IMG/VR virus record: IMGVR_UViG_2579779007_000007
DNA length: 35,575 bases
Source of the DNA: a virus
Taxonomy: Duplodnaviria > Heunggongvirae > Uroviricota > Caudoviricetes
Strand: one strand, 5' to 3'
Below the pieces are notes generated by a model. That model was not told the DNA's origin and did not search any database. It was given only the letters and a program-made list of their open reading frames with translations. Position numbers and translations under genes: made by a program. Below are positions 34,726-35,575 of the stretch, piece after piece (position 1 is the first letter of the stretch; each line of letters begins with the position of its first letter).

Positions 34726-34865
34726 TGCTCACCCCATACTAACGACAATATAAGAAAGACTAATCATGGTTGTGAGACTACCTCCCACGAATGAGATAAA
34801 AGCTAACATGTTTGATTCTCCATTTAAAAAGCGGTGGGAATTACACCCACCAAATTAGAAATTAA

Positions 34866-35303
34866 TTAAGCGCGAACGATGGTCAGAGTATCCAGCAAAC
34901 CTTTTTCGTATAATTCGAAACACGTTTTATATTGCTCAATCTTCCAACCGTAGCGGGTGATCTTATTCAGTAGAATAATCACGGTATTCTCATCTAGGTA
35001 TTGTCCTTGCTTACCAATTACATATGACTCGCGGGATAGTCTCAGCTTACGGAAACCTTTAACACCTAATTCCTTAGCCACCGCTTTAACCTCGTTAATC
35101 TCACCTTCTGCGGCTACATATTCAGCGTCGATAATCTCAGTTGATGATCTCAGTGCTACCAGAACTAAGGCCATTGCTTCTTCTTCGGTACGAGCAACAC
35201 CAGCTTTCTCGAAAGTCATCTCACCAAATTTACGAGTCATAATATTGAACATTGTCTGTATTCCGTTTAAATCGGCGGGAATAGTACCCGCCAAATTAGA
35301 CAT
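34866..35303 (-). CDS. hypothetical protein (145 aa)
   Basis: ORF whose start overlaps the upstream stop (TAATG). Confidence 0.55.
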   Translation of the reverse strand: MSNLAGTIPADLNGIQTMFNIMTRKFGEMTFEKAGVARTEEEAMALVLVALRSSTEIIDAEYVAAEGEINEVKAVAKELGVKGFRKLRLSRESYVIGKQGQYLDENTVIILLNKITRYGWKIEQYKTCFELYEKGLLDTLTIVRA

Positions 35304-35575
35304 TACTTCTTGCTGATAAACTCTTTAGCGATAAAGTTGATTACTTCTTTCAGCTTCTTGTCTGTATCGATGCACGCTGGTAATTCTTCTTTAATATCCT
35401 GCGGCAGATACACATTGCCTTTAAAGTGGAGGAAACCATCATTACCAATCATGTAGGAGAACATCCATTCACAATCGTTATCCGCTTCCCAGAACGCCAC
35501 GGTCTCATCCCCAATCAAGGTAATGTCCATGTTGCGACGCGCTGCGTAGTTGATGATTGCTTTACCGATGTTCAT
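35303..35575 (-). CDS. hypothetical protein (at least 90 aa; may extend beyond the window edge)
   Basis: ORF reaches the window boundary. Confidence 0.45.
   Translation of the reverse strand: MNIGKAIINYAARRNMDITLIGDETVAFWEADNDCEWMFSYMIGNDGFLHFKGNVYLPQDIKEELPACIDTDKKLKEVINFIAKEFISKK

Noticed and set aside
34732-34809. 26-aa minus-strand hydrophobic ORF (MLAFISFVGGSLTTMISLSYIVVSMG) with a GGAGA RBS
   Set aside because: Too short to call from sequence alone, though it could be a real small membrane peptide next to the 40-aa ORF at 34603..34725.
1-35575. Retron, diversity-generating retroelement or restriction-modification system
   Set aside because: No reverse transcriptase, methyltransferase or recognisable nuclease/ATPase defence domains were found in any frame I inspected. 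The accessory proteins are small and lack these motifs.

Overview
The window opens with about 330 bp of GC-richer DNA encoding the N-terminal part of a HicB-family antitoxin, then switches abruptly to roughly 35 kb of AT-rich tailed-phage DNA, most simply a prophage inserted into hicB. Layout: (i) 0.35-8.4 kb, an accessory/early-like region with a secreted DUF1311-like protein, a lambda Nu1-like small terminase, small membrane peptides, a three-gene minus-strand cassette, a 1.27-kb non-coding region carrying a CCTACACTA iteron array, an acidic protein and a Rha-family regulator; (ii) 8.5-29.9 kb, a lambda-like late operon (gpA-type large terminase, portal, fused prohead protease-scaffold-major capsid protein, two paralogous tail-tube-like proteins flanking a long tail fibre, tape measure, tail-tip proteins, gpI/gpJ-like central fibre); (iii) 29.9-31.9 kb, a lysis region with an M15 peptidase; (iv) 32.1-35.6 kb, a minus-strand block with a large serine recombinase. 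The most unusual signal is that the only two late genes ending in TGA (capsid and tail tube) both continue in frame for 41-42 codons to a shared peptide ending ...EEVTAKAT.K..RK.K, each followed by the same terminator, which suggests programmed UGA readthrough. All calls come from reading the sequence and recalled family motifs; no database search was run.
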